This document shows positions 28,436-37,437 of a DNA stretch of 45,161 bases, piece after piece (position 1 is the stretch's first letter; every line of letters begins with the position of its first letter). The notes below the pieces were generated by a model that saw nothing but the letters and a program-made list of their open reading frames with translations, had not been told where the DNA came from and did no database searches. The stretch spans positions 1 to 45,161 of the forward strand of contig JAHWKN010000003.1 of the NCBI GenBank assembly GCA_019347875.1. Direction: 5' to 3'. The DNA comes from Candidatus Parcubacteria bacterium (GTDB taxonomy: Bacteria; Patescibacteriota; Saccharimonadia; UBA4664; JAHWKN01). The position numbers were made by a program, and so were the translations under genes.

Positions 28436-30274
28436 TTGGTGGAAGAACAACGCAGGTTTGCTATTTTGGCCGCCGTCCAAGCCGGTGTGGGCGGCTTAAC
28501 CGCGCTCGGCGTAGCCGCCCTGTACCTGCTCGCTCCCGCCACTTTGCAAAACAGCGGTTTCGCCCAGGTAATGGCGGCGCTGGGGCTCGTCACCGCCTTG
28601 TACTACCTGAGCGGGCACCAGTTCCTGAAGCGCCGCTACCTGCGCGCCTCTTTACTGGTGCTGTCGGGGCTGTCGGGGGTCAATCTGCTGATAGTGCTCG
28701 CCTCCACGGGGGGACTGGACTCGCCGTTTTACGGGTTTTGGCTGCTGGTGATCGCGGCCTCCGGGCTGTTCGGCGCCACCCCGCCCGCTGTGGCGCTAGG
28801 CGCCACCGGTCTGGGAGCCGGGCTGGCCTGGTGGGGGCAGGGGCTGTCTCTGCAGTACCTGAGCGCCCACGCCGGCCAGGCACTCGTCACCATCGCGGCC
28901 TGGGGGCTGGCCCAGTGGATCAACCTGGGGGCGCGCCGGACCAAGCAGGACAAGCAGGCGGTCAGCGCCCTGTCCGGGGAGCTGGGCGCCGAAAGGCTGA
29001 GAGCCCAGGTCTTAATGAGCAGTATCGCCGACGGCGTCATCGTCATCGACCGCAGCAATCAGATCCAGCTGCTTAACCGGGCCGCCCAGGAGATGACCGG
29101 CTGGGACGCCGAATCGGTCCAAAACGTCGATTACCACCTGGTACTGCCGCTGACGGCGGCGGACGGCAAACCGCTGGCGCCCGCGGACGATCCTTTTCAG
29201 CAGTCCTGGGCGGCCAACGCCAGTATCGTCCGCAACGACCTGGTCATGACCACCAGTGGCGGCAACCAGCGTACCCTGTCGATCTCGGTGTCGCCGATTT
29301 ACAACGGCGATCAAAGCATCGCCGGCGCCATCGCGGTGTTTCGCGACATCAGCAAAGACAAAGAGGTGGAACGCCAGCGCAGCGAGTTTGTCTCGACCGC
29401 CTCGCACGAGATGCGCACCCCCGTGGCGGCCATCGAGGGGTACATCTCGCTGGCGCTCAACCCGAAGGTGGCGACGGTGGATGACCGTGCCAAGGAGTAT
29501 TTGAACAAAGCCCATCAAAACACCCAGCATCTGGGCGAGCTGTTTCGCGACCTGTTGTCGGTCACCAAGGTAGAACAGGGCCAGCTGGCGCGCAACCTGG
29601 CCCCCGTCAATCTGGGCCAGCTGGTCGAGGACGTGGTGCGCGACATGCAGTTTAGCGCCGAGAAAAAGAAGCTGACCTTAACCTTCGCCCCGGCCGGAGC
29701 CGGCCTCGGCGGCGACAAGACCGTCATGCCGCTGTACTACGTCCGGGCCGACCAGGAGCGTATCCGGGAGGTGCTGATGAACTTAGTCGATAACGCCCTT
29801 AAATACACCCCCGAAGGCGGAGTAACGGTCGGGATTGTCGGTGATGAGCGTACCGTCAACGTCAGCGTCCGCGACACCGGCCCGGGTATCAGCCCCGAGA
29901 ACATTCCGCACTTGTTTCAAAAGTTTTACCGGGTGGATAGCTCGGCTACCCGCACCATCGGCGGCACCGGGTTGGGGCTGTACCTGTGCCGGGCGGTCAT
30001 CGAGCTGCACGGCGGCCGCATCTGGGCCGAAAGCACCCCCGGCCAAGGCTCTACCTTTTACTTTAACCTGCCGCGCCTTCCGGCCAGCCAAGCTGAACCG
30101 ACTCCCGCCGCCACCGTCGCCCCCGCTCAGCCGGTAGCGACACCGGCCGTCAACCCGGCTGCACCGGTCCCCGCGGCCGCACCGGCGCCGGCTCAGCCCA
30201 CCGCCGGCCCGGCCCAACCGGCCGCGGCCGCCGCCTATATAGCGCCGGCCATCCCGCCGGGTGGCGGAAAGTAG
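28436..30274 (+). CDS. PAS-domain sensor histidine kinase
   Basis: N-terminal TMs, PAS, ASHEMRTP H-box, NLVDNALKY, DTGPGI and GTGLGL motifs; Pro/Ala tail. Confidence 0.95.
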   Translation: MVEEQRRFAILAAVQAGVGGLTALGVAALYLLAPATLQNSGFAQVMAALGLVTALYYLSGHQFLKRRYLRASLLVLSGLSGVNLLIVLASTGGLDSPFYGFWLLVIAASGLFGATPPAVALGATGLGAGLAWWGQGLSLQYLSAHAGQALVTIAAWGLAQWINLGARRTKQDKQAVSALSGELGAERLRAQVLMSSIADGVIVIDRSNQIQLLNRAAQEMTGWDAESVQNVDYHLVLPLTAADGKPLAPADDPFQQSWAANASIVRNDLVMTTSGGNQRTLSISVSPIYNGDQSIAGAIAVFRDISKDKEVERQRSEFVSTASHEMRTPVAAIEGYISLALNPKVATVDDRAKEYLNKAHQNTQHLGELFRDLLSVTKVEQGQLARNLAPVNLGQLVEDVVRDMQFSAEKKKLTLTFAPAGAGLGGDKTVMPLYYVRADQERIREVLMNLVDNALKYTPEGGVTVGIVGDERTVNVSVRDTGPGISPENIPHLFQKFYRVDSSATRTIGGTGLGLYLCRAVIELHGGRIWAESTPGQGSTFYFNLPRLPASQAEPTPAATVAPAQPVATPAVNPAAPVPAAAPAPAQPTAGPAQPAAAAAYIAPAIPPGGGK

Positions 30275-30348
30275 CCACAAAGGCTGGCCGTTGGCAGATC
30301 AGCCGATTGTTGCTAAGATAAAACCACTAACGTTTAAAGAAAGACAGC

Positions 30349-30717
30349 ATGGCAAAAGTTCTGTTAGTCGAAGACGACATCAACCTGCGTGACATTTACT
30401 CGGCTCGTTTGGCGGCCGAACAGTACGACATACTAACCGCTTCCGACGGCGAAGAGGCGCTGGCTACGGCCGTCCGCGAGCGGCCGGACCTGATCATCCT
30501 CGACGTCATGATGCCCAAGATCAGCGGCTTTGATGTTTTAGACATACTGCGTTCAACGCCGGAGACCAAGGACACCAAAATCATCATGATGACAGCGCTC
30601 AGCCAGGACAGCGACAAACAGCGCGGCGAGAGTTTAGGCGTCAACAAGTACCTGATTAAGTCACAGGTAACGCTAGAAGACGTCGTCACCGCCGCCAAAG
30701 AGGCGCTGGCAGCCTAG
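30349..30717 (+). CDS. Single-domain response regulator
   Basis: LLVEDD, PDLIILDVMMP, TA and YLIK receiver motifs; no output domain. Confidence 0.95.
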   Translation: MAKVLLVEDDINLRDIYSARLAAEQYDILTASDGEEALATAVRERPDLIILDVMMPKISGFDVLDILRSTPETKDTKIIMMTALSQDSDKQRGESLGVNKYLIKSQVTLEDVVTAAKEALAA

Positions 30718-30726
30718 GCCGCGAAC

Positions 30727-31446
30727 ATGCCGTATCAAGTTGCGCTGTTAAACTTCGAGGGCCCGCTCGATCTGCTGCTGCAGCTGATTGAGCGCTCCGA
30801 GCTGGAGATCACCCAAATCTCGCTGGCGGACGTTACCGAACAGTACCTGGAGTACATCGAACGGCTGAACCGGCTGGACCCGGAGGAGCTGAACCGTTTT
30901 CTGGAGCTGGCCTCAAGACTGGTCTACATCAAAAGCCTGGCGCTGCTGCCGGGAACGGCCGACCGGGTCGATGAAACCGAGATCAGCGAGCTGGCCGAAC
31001 AGCTGGCCGAGTACCGGCGGTACCAAAAAGCCACCGAGTATTTAAAGCGTCTTCTGGCCGAGGGGAGGCGCAGCTGGAGCCGGCCGCCCGAGGCCGCCGC
31101 CCGGGACGCCGTGGCGGCCGGTGAGCTGCCGGCGCCGCCCAATCTAGAGCTGGAGCCGCTGCGGCGGGCGTTCGCGGCCGCCCTGGCCAAGCTGCCGCCG
31201 GCCGCCACCGACGCTACGCTTGGGCGCACGGTCAGCCTGACGGAGATGACCGAGCGTATCCGGCGCTGGGCGCGGCCGGGCCGGGCGACCGGTCTCGGTC
31301 AGCTGCTGCGCACCGCCGCCGACCGCATGGAGGTGCTGGTGCTGTTTTTGGCGCTGCTGGAGCTGGTAAAATCCGGTCACATCCGGGTGTCGCAAAGCGG
31401 CCAGTTCGATGACATCCAGCTGCTGAGCGTGGCCCACACCAGCTGA
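30727..31446 (+). CDS. scpA: Segregation and condensation protein A
   Basis: FEGPLDLLLQLI, KS.ALLP and FLALLELVK motifs. Confidence 0.95.
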   Translation: MPYQVALLNFEGPLDLLLQLIERSELEITQISLADVTEQYLEYIERLNRLDPEELNRFLELASRLVYIKSLALLPGTADRVDETEISELAEQLAEYRRYQKATEYLKRLLAEGRRSWSRPPEAAARDAVAAGELPAPPNLELEPLRRAFAAALAKLPPAATDATLGRTVSLTEMTERIRRWARPGRATGLGQLLRTAADRMEVLVLFLALLELVKSGHIRVSQSGQFDDIQLLSVAHTS

Positions 31447-31502
31447 TATTAAAAGCGGCGAGCCGAAGGACCGGCAGGCTGCCAATCGTGTACAATATGG
31501 TT

Positions 31503-32030
31503 ATGGATGAATTAGCAGCCAGCCTGGAAGCGGTCTTGTTTGCGGCCGGCGAACCGGTTACGCTCGCGCGGCTAGTGGCCGCTACCGAGGCGGACCAGAC
31601 GGCGGTCACCGGCGCCCTGGCCGGCCTAAAGACCCAGCTGCGGCACAGGGGCATCCGCTTGGTGACATCCGGCCGGCACTACAGCCTGGCCACCGCGCCG
31701 CAGGCCGCAGCCGCGGTCGGGCGCTACCTGGGCGGCGGCGCCCGGGCCGAGCTGTCCAAGCCGGCGCTGGAGACGCTGGCAATCGTCGCTTACCGCCAGC
31801 CGCTGACCAGAACCCAAATCGAGCAGATCCGGGGGGTGTCGTCCGACCAAACCATCAAGAACCTGCTGCTGCGGGGGCTGATCATCGAATCAGGGCGAGC
31901 GGACAGCCCCGGCAAGCCGCTGCTGTACGCCACCAGCGTCAAGTTTCTGGAGCACTTCGGGCTGTCCAGCCCCGCTGAGCTGCCGCCGCTCGACCAGCCG
32001 GCAGCCGGGAGGCGGTCATCGCCCGCTTGA
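31503..32030 (+). CDS. scpB: Segregation and condensation protein B
   Basis: LEAVLFAAGEP, LSKPALETLAIVAYRQP.TR..IEQIRGV and PGKPLLY motifs. Start from TACAAT 6 nt upstream. Confidence 0.95.
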   Translation: MDELAASLEAVLFAAGEPVTLARLVAATEADQTAVTGALAGLKTQLRHRGIRLVTSGRHYSLATAPQAAAAVGRYLGGGARAELSKPALETLAIVAYRQPLTRTQIEQIRGVSSDQTIKNLLLRGLIIESGRADSPGKPLLYATSVKFLEHFGLSSPAELPPLDQPAAGRRSSPA

Positions 32031-32686
32031 ACCAAGTTATCGCCGCCTCCAGCGGGCTGTCCCGGCGGGCGGCCGACCAGGCGGTCACCGACGGCCGGGT
32101 ACAGGTCAACGGCCGGCCGGCCGTCGTGGGACAGCCGGTAACGCCCGCCGACCGGATCGAGCTGGATGGCCGAAAGCTGGCCGCTGCCGCCAAAACCTAT
32201 CTGGTACTAAACAAACCGACCGGCTACATCTGCAGCCGCCGCGCCCAAGGACCGGCCCCGACGGTGTACGCTTTGCTGCCCGAACGGTTGCACTCACTTA
32301 AACCGGTCGGCCGGCTCGACAAAGACTCATCCGGCTTACTGGTGCTGACCAACGACGGCCCCCTAGCTCAGGCTCTGACTCATCCCTCAAACGTCAAGCA
32401 AAAGCGCTACCAGATCAGACTGGATCACCCGTTCAAGGCAACCGATAAAACCAACATCGAGGCCGGCGTTGAGCTAGATGACGGAATCAGTAAGCTCCAA
32501 CTGCAAGGCCAAGGTGACAGATGGACCATCACCATGCACGAAGGCCGTAACCGCCAGATCAGACGCACGTTTGCCGCCCTCGGCTACCGAGTAACGCAGC
32601 TGCAGCGGATCCAGTTCGGCAAGCTTGCACTACGGGACCTGCCGCCGGGACGGTACCGCTTAGCGGGCCGGCAGGAGCTGGTATGA
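32027..32686 (+). CDS. rluB: rRNA pseudouridine synthase (RsuA/RluB family)
   Basis: S4 domain SRRAAD...GRV.VNG; NKP.G, VGRLDKDSSGL and EGRNRQIRR motifs; follows scpAB. Confidence 0.88.
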   Translation: MNQVIAASSGLSRRAADQAVTDGRVQVNGRPAVVGQPVTPADRIELDGRKLAAAAKTYLVLNKPTGYICSRRAQGPAPTVYALLPERLHSLKPVGRLDKDSSGLLVLTNDGPLAQALTHPSNVKQKRYQIRLDHPFKATDKTNIEAGVELDDGISKLQLQGQGDRWTITMHEGRNRQIRRTFAALGYRVTQLQRIQFGKLALRDLPPGRYRLAGRQELV

Positions 32687-33591
32687 GTCTGGTTGCCGTC
32701 ATCATCTTAACGCTTGGCTACCTGGCCCACCTGCCGTTAGGCCAGCCGCTGCGGCAGGCTCTGCAAAACACCGTCATTGGCGAACCCTCCGGCACCCGCT
32801 TGAGCACTCCGTCGCCGCACCAACGGATAGCCGAGCCCATTAAAAGCGGCGCCGAAGAGCTGCGGCTAGGCGCCCGGGCGGCTTACGCGGTCGACCTAGA
32901 CACCGCCACGCCGCTGTACCAGCAAAACAGCGCCCAGCCCTTGCCGATCGCCTCGATCGCCAAAATCGTCACCGCCATGGTCATTATAAAATCCCATGAT
33001 CTCGAAGAGGTGGTGACGGTACCGACTTTACCGGCCTACCGGCCCGAGGACGCCAAGCTGGGACTGACCGCGGGCCAGCGCTTTAAGGTGAAAGACCTGC
33101 TGGCGGCCACGCTCATCCCGTCGGCCAGCGACGCGGCCGACGCCCTGGCCAGCGCCGATGCCGGCAGCAACGCGGCTTTCGCCGCCAAAATGAACCGCCT
33201 CAGCGAGCGGTGGGGGATTAAAGGGACCCGCTTTACCAATCCCAGCGGTCTGGGGGCCGAGGAAAACCTGGCCAGCGCTGAGGCTTTGGCCAGATTGGCC
33301 AAAATCGCTTTGGCCAATCAAACCTTCGCCCAGCTGGCGGCCGCCCCCACCGCCACCATCACCGACCAGGCCGGCCAAACCTATCCGCTCACCAGCACCA
33401 ACCGCCTGTTGGGCGACCCCCGCATCACCGGCCTCAAAACCGGCTACACACCGGCCGCCGGCCAGTCGTTCCTGGCGCTATCGACCGTTAACGGCCACCG
33501 CGTGCTGACGGTGGTCCTAAACAGCCCCGACCGCTTCGCCGAAACCGCCGCGCTAATCAACTGGATCGAGCGCAACTACCACTGGCGGTAG
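32683..33591 (+). CDS. D-alanyl-D-alanine carboxypeptidase (peptidase S11)
   Basis: ASIAK (SxxK), SAS at the SxN position, F.NPSGL and KTGYT motifs. Confidence 0.88.
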   Translation: MSLVAVIILTLGYLAHLPLGQPLRQALQNTVIGEPSGTRLSTPSPHQRIAEPIKSGAEELRLGARAAYAVDLDTATPLYQQNSAQPLPIASIAKIVTAMVIIKSHDLEEVVTVPTLPAYRPEDAKLGLTAGQRFKVKDLLAATLIPSASDAADALASADAGSNAAFAAKMNRLSERWGIKGTRFTNPSGLGAEENLASAEALARLAKIALANQTFAQLAAAPTATITDQAGQTYPLTSTNRLLGDPRITGLKTGYTPAAGQSFLALSTVNGHRVLTVVLNSPDRFAETAALINWIERNYHWR

Positions 33592-33684
33592 GACAAGAGG
33601 CCTAATCCCGCCGGCGGAAGTTCGCCTACACTCAATAAACATGGTATAGTTTTCCCACGTTCAGGCTCACGAGAGGGGAGAAAC

Positions 33685-34620
33685 GTGTTCCTTGCAATAG
33701 CGGTAACGATTGCTGTATTGACGATGGCGGCATTCGTCTGGAGAGGCAGACGAGCCAAGCTGGCCGAGGCCGAAAAGCAGGCCAGGGCCAGGGAACAAGC
33801 GATGTCCGAGGAAGAAATCCGGCAGGCGCAAGAGCAGGCTAGGCTAGAGGAACAAACCCGCCAACTACGACAGCTGATCGAGGAGGTTGAAGCGGGAGTC
33901 TCTAGAGCTTCATGGAGGCTCGCTTCCAACTATGACTGGGTATTGATTGCTCAGCAAAGCCAGGACCAGAACCTGGTATCAAGTGTCCACGAGGCTCGGC
34001 GAACAGCGCAAATTTTGACGGAATACTCCTCGAAACGCAACTGGATACAGGAACTCTTTAGCGCCTGGAGCGCAGCCCCCGACTCACTGGATCGCGTGAA
34101 AGGCTGGGTTGAGTTCGTCCGCATCTTTCATGAGATGTATGAAGAAAACCGCTCCCGCCTGGCTCAAGAATTGGACTACGATGACGAGGCGGCAAGGAGC
34201 CACTTTAAAGGCTTTATCGTCAAACGTTATAGCGAACTGCAGCGGCAAGCTCAAACGGACGCGTCGGCTTTCGGGCGGTTACGTGAATTGATCTTGAGGA
34301 CTCAGCGGGGACGGTTTACAGGAGACCTGGCTGGGCCGTTCCGCCCCTTAGAGTTCCCGCCCGACTGGAACGACCTGGTCGCCCGTCACGTGCAGAACCC
34401 TCATTTCGACGATTTTTTGGGGCTACGGCAACCGTGTGACCTGGCCATCGGCCAGTTCAGATTGATGGCCGCTGAAGCCCTCGATCACAACGATCTCACC
34501 CAAGCTCAGATCGTGCTGGCTTACTGCAACTACGGAGAGCAAGTGAGGGTCGAGGTCGGCGACTACCTGGCGGGTCAGGTCGCCAAACTGGTGGCGGCAC
34601 TCACCAACGCGCCCCGCTAA
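33685..34620 (+). CDS. Hypothetical protein, N-terminal TM plus coiled coil
   Basis: 311-aa ORF with GAGGGG RBS; slightly lower GC than neighbours. Confidence 0.65.
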   Translation: MFLAIAVTIAVLTMAAFVWRGRRAKLAEAEKQARAREQAMSEEEIRQAQEQARLEEQTRQLRQLIEEVEAGVSRASWRLASNYDWVLIAQQSQDQNLVSSVHEARRTAQILTEYSSKRNWIQELFSAWSAAPDSLDRVKGWVEFVRIFHEMYEENRSRLAQELDYDDEAARSHFKGFIVKRYSELQRQAQTDASAFGRLRELILRTQRGRFTGDLAGPFRPLEFPPDWNDLVARHVQNPHFDDFLGLRQPCDLAIGQFRLMAAEALDHNDLTQAQIVLAYCNYGEQVRVEVGDYLAGQVAKLVAALTNAPR

Positions 34621-34622
34621 CG

Positions 34623-34665
34623 GGGCCCGAAGGAGATGGATCTTTGATCCGCGGCCTTCGGGCCC
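34623..34665 (+). terminator. GC-rich hairpin after ORF 33685-34620 (terminator-like, weak U-tract)
   Basis: GGGCCCGAAGG...CCTTCGGGCCC 11-bp stem. Confidence 0.55.
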
Positions 34666-34675
34666 TCCTTCGTGT

Positions 34676-34691
34676 ATGCATCTTGATGCAT
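34676..34691. promoter_or_regulatory. Putative antitoxin operator palindrome
   Basis: ATGCATC-TT-GATGCAT just upstream of an extended -10-like TGtTAATGT (34695-34703). Confidence 0.6.
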
Positions 34692-34730
34692 TGATGTTAA
34701 TGTGCTTAACTAATGGCAACAGGAGGTGAC

Positions 34731-34949
34731 ATGCGTACAACCGTTACTATTAACGACAAAGTTTACCAGGCGCTCAAGCTGCGAGCCGTTCAGAGTAACC
34801 AAACCGTCTCGGCTTTAGTAGAAGACGCTATCAAGTATCAGCTGCTGGAAGATATGGAGGACATCGAAGACGCCAAACGACGGGAGCAGGAGCCGACCGA
34901 GTCGTTTGACGAGCTAGTCAAGCAGTTTAGGGCCGAAGGTCTGCTGTAG
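34731..34949 (+). CDS. Ribbon-helix-helix antitoxin (RelB/CopG-like)
   Basis: MRTTVTINDKVYQALK..A....TVSALVEDAI RHH fold; acidic C-terminus; AGGAGG RBS. Confidence 0.88.
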   Translation: MRTTVTINDKVYQALKLRAVQSNQTVSALVEDAIKYQLLEDMEDIEDAKRREQEPTESFDELVKQFRAEGLL

Positions 34950-34953
34950 CTGA

Positions 34954-35220
34954 ATGCAGTATGAGATAAGGTACCGCCGCTCGGTTAAGAAAGAACTCGA
35001 GAAACTCGATCACGCCAGTCGATTGGCGATCGTTAAGAAGATCATCAATCTGGCGGCACAGCCTCTCCCGGCTGGCTCGCGTAAACTGCGGGGAGTGGAT
35101 GATTTATACCGCATCAGGCACGGTGATTACCGGGTGATTTACCAGGTTCAAGATAAAGCATTGATAATCGTGATTATTAAGATTGGCCACCGTAAAGCAG
35201 TTTACCGAGGATTGCAGTAA
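34954..35220 (+). CDS. relE: RelE/ParE family toxin
   Basis: Y.I....VKKELEKL, P.PAGSRKLRG, YRIRHGDYRVIY and IGHRKAVY motifs. Confidence 0.92.
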   Translation: MQYEIRYRRSVKKELEKLDHASRLAIVKKIINLAAQPLPAGSRKLRGVDDLYRIRHGDYRVIYQVQDKALIIVIIKIGHRKAVYRGLQ

Positions 35221-35224
35221 GTTT

Positions 35225-36550
35225 ATGACCAACATTCCCATCGTCGCCATTATCGGCCGGGCCAACGTCGGCAAATCGAGTTTGTTTAACCGCCTGGTCG
35301 GTTCACGCCAAGCCGTGGTTGATGATGCCGCCGGTACCACCCGCGACCGCGTGCAGGCTGTGGCGCGGTGGGGCAAGCACGCGTTTTGGCTGGTCGACAC
35401 GGCCGGGCTGGGGCCGGCCGGAGGTCGCGACGAGCTGGAGACCGGCATTAGCGAGCAGATCAAGCAGGCGGCCGAGAGCGCCGACGCCATCATCCTGGTG
35501 GCCGATGCCGCCGTTATGATCACCAGCGAGGACCGCCAGGCGGCCAAGCTGGCGTTAAAGACCGGCAAGCCGGTCATTTTAGCGCTTAGTAAGATCGATA
35601 CCGTAGCGCGCGGGGCGGCCGATGATTTTATTAATTTAGGCATTAAAGACATCATCGAGGTCTCGGCCCTGCACGGCCGGGGAACCGGCGACCTGCTCGA
35701 CCAGGTGGTGCGGCACCTGCCGCCGGCCGAGGCGCCCGACCAATCGGACCGGCTGCGCCTGGCGTTGCTGGGCCGGCCCAACGTCGGTAAATCCAGCCTC
35801 TTAAACGCGCTGGCTGGCAAGCAGCAGGCGCTGGTGTCGGGCGTACCCGGCACCACCCGCGACGTCAACGCCATCACCGTCAAGTACCACGGCCGCGAAC
35901 TGGAGATCTCCGACACCGCCGGGCTGCGGCGGCGGGGCAAAATCGACCGGGGGGTAGAAAAGTTCAGCACGCTGCGCACGCTCGGCGCCGTTGCCTCCAG
36001 CGACATCGGCGTACTGTTAATCGACGCCGGCGAGCCGTCGGCCGCGCAGGACCAGCACATCGCCGGGCTGGTGGCCAACTCGGGCAAGGGGCTGATTTTA
36101 GTGGTGAACAAGTGGGACGCGGTCGACAAAGACGACAAGACCCAGGCCCGCTACCTGCGCCGCCTGCAAGCCAACTTTGCCTTTGTGCCCTGGGCACCGG
36201 TGGTGTTTACCTCGGCCGCGACCGGCCTGAACGTCACCAGGCTGTTTGAGCTGGCTACTCAGATCGACCAGCGCCGCCAGACCAAGATCCCGACGCCGGC
36301 GCTCAACAAGCTGATCGAGTCGCTGGTACTGAAGCAGCCGCCGGCCGGGCTGAAGAACCGCCGGCCCAAGATCAACTACGCGGCCCAAACCGGCACCAAC
36401 CCGCCGGCCTTCGCCTTGTTTGCCTCGCACCCCGAGTTCATTCACTTCTCCTACCGCCGCTACCTGGAAAATGGGCTGCGCCGGGCCTATGACTTTGCCG
36501 GCACCCCGGTTAAACTGGAGTATAGGGACAAGAGGAAAACTAAAGCATGA
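35225..36550 (+). CDS. der: Ribosome biogenesis GTPase Der (EngA)
   Basis: Two G domains (GRANVGKSS, GRPNVGKSS, DTAG x2) and a KH-like C-terminus. Confidence 0.97.
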   Translation: MTNIPIVAIIGRANVGKSSLFNRLVGSRQAVVDDAAGTTRDRVQAVARWGKHAFWLVDTAGLGPAGGRDELETGISEQIKQAAESADAIILVADAAVMITSEDRQAAKLALKTGKPVILALSKIDTVARGAADDFINLGIKDIIEVSALHGRGTGDLLDQVVRHLPPAEAPDQSDRLRLALLGRPNVGKSSLLNALAGKQQALVSGVPGTTRDVNAITVKYHGRELEISDTAGLRRRGKIDRGVEKFSTLRTLGAVASSDIGVLLIDAGEPSAAQDQHIAGLVANSGKGLILVVNKWDAVDKDDKTQARYLRRLQANFAFVPWAPVVFTSAATGLNVTRLFELATQIDQRRQTKIPTPALNKLIESLVLKQPPAGLKNRRPKINYAAQTGTNPPAFALFASHPEFIHFSYRRYLENGLRRAYDFAGTPVKLEYRDKRKTKA

Positions 36551-36578
36551 CCAGCGCCCAAAGGAGCCGGAAGCAACC

Positions 36579-37172
36579 ATGAAGCTGATAGCGGGTCTTG
36601 GCAACATCGGCGAGCGCTACGCCGGCACCCGCCATAATCTGGGATTTATGGTGATCGACCGGCTGATCGGAGAACGCGGTTTACCCGCCTGCACCCTCAA
36701 CGCCAAGTTCAAGGCCCGCATTACCGAAGGTAATGTGTCGGGGGAGAAGGTGCTGTTAGTCAAACCTGCCTCCATGATGAACTTGAGTGGTGAAAGCATT
36801 GGCAGTTTGGCTAAGTTCTACCGGCTGCCTTTGGAGGATCTGTGGATCATCCACGATGATGTCGACCTGCCGTTTGGCAGCCTGCGCATCAGGGGGGGAG
36901 GGGGTAGCGGCGGACACAACGGCATCAGCTCGATCATAGCGGCGCTGGGCCCAGAGTTCATCAGGTTCCGGCTGGGTGTGGCCACCCCCGAGCGCCCCGC
37001 CCAAATGGATACCGCCGACTTCGTCTTAAGCAACTTCACCAAACCCGAAAGCCAGCAGCTGCCGGTCATCCTCAGGCGGGCCGCGGCCATCCTCGAGGCC
37101 GCTATCGAGAAACCGGTCGGGGACAGTACCTATAACTTACTGAACGGAAGTAACACCGGGGGCCAAAAATAA
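36579..37172 (+). CDS. pth: Peptidyl-tRNA hydrolase
   Basis: MKLIAGLGN.G..Y.GTRHNLGF, MNLSG, HDDVDL and GGHNGI motifs. Confidence 0.97.
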   Translation: MKLIAGLGNIGERYAGTRHNLGFMVIDRLIGERGLPACTLNAKFKARITEGNVSGEKVLLVKPASMMNLSGESIGSLAKFYRLPLEDLWIIHDDVDLPFGSLRIRGGGGSGGHNGISSIIAALGPEFIRFRLGVATPERPAQMDTADFVLSNFTKPESQQLPVILRRAAAILEAAIEKPVGDSTYNLLNGSNTGGQK

Positions 37173-37219
37173 AAGCCCGAGGGGCAGGTGGTTACCACGC
37201 TCGGGCTTTTATTTGGCCC
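37160..37219. terminator. Bidirectional intrinsic terminator
   Basis: Perfect 15-bp stem AAATAAAAGCCCGAG (37167-37181) / CTCGGGCTTTTATTT (37200-37214). Confidence 0.88.
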
Positions 37220-37395
37220 TTTAATGCCGTCCGCAAAGGGCGGATTTTACGGTCTCATTAACATAGTAGACCGGGGATTAAAGGGGCTAAACTGCCTGTA
37301 CAAGACCTAAAGGAGGGTGCATTTAGGGTTGTGCCAGGCAGATTAGCTGTTAATTGCCGTATAGGGCTTGTGCCAGGTACGTTTATTAGGTATGA
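37167..37395 (-). ncRNA. Candidate ~225-nt structured sRNA between pth and dprA
   Basis: Bounded by a minus-strand TTGACA-17-TAGTAT promoter and the terminator; long hairpin at 37292-37341 and three-way junction at 37217-37285; no substantial ORF. Confidence 0.5.
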
Positions 37396-37400
37396 TTGCC

Positions 37401-37429
37401 ATACTAACACAGTGCGTTATGATTGTCAA
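37401..37429 (-). promoter_or_regulatory. Sigma70 promoter divergent from dprA
   Basis: TTGACA-17 bp-TAGTAT with extended TG; overlaps plus-strand promoter-like sites ending in TATGAT (37391, 37418). Confidence 0.7.
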
Positions 37430-37437
37430 TACTTTTT

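Noticed and set aside
35104-36138. 344-aa antisense ORF and other long shadow ORFs over mreB, atp genes, dprA, topA and PBP
   Set aside because: Expected from high GC and codon bias opposite well-conserved genes; no motifs.
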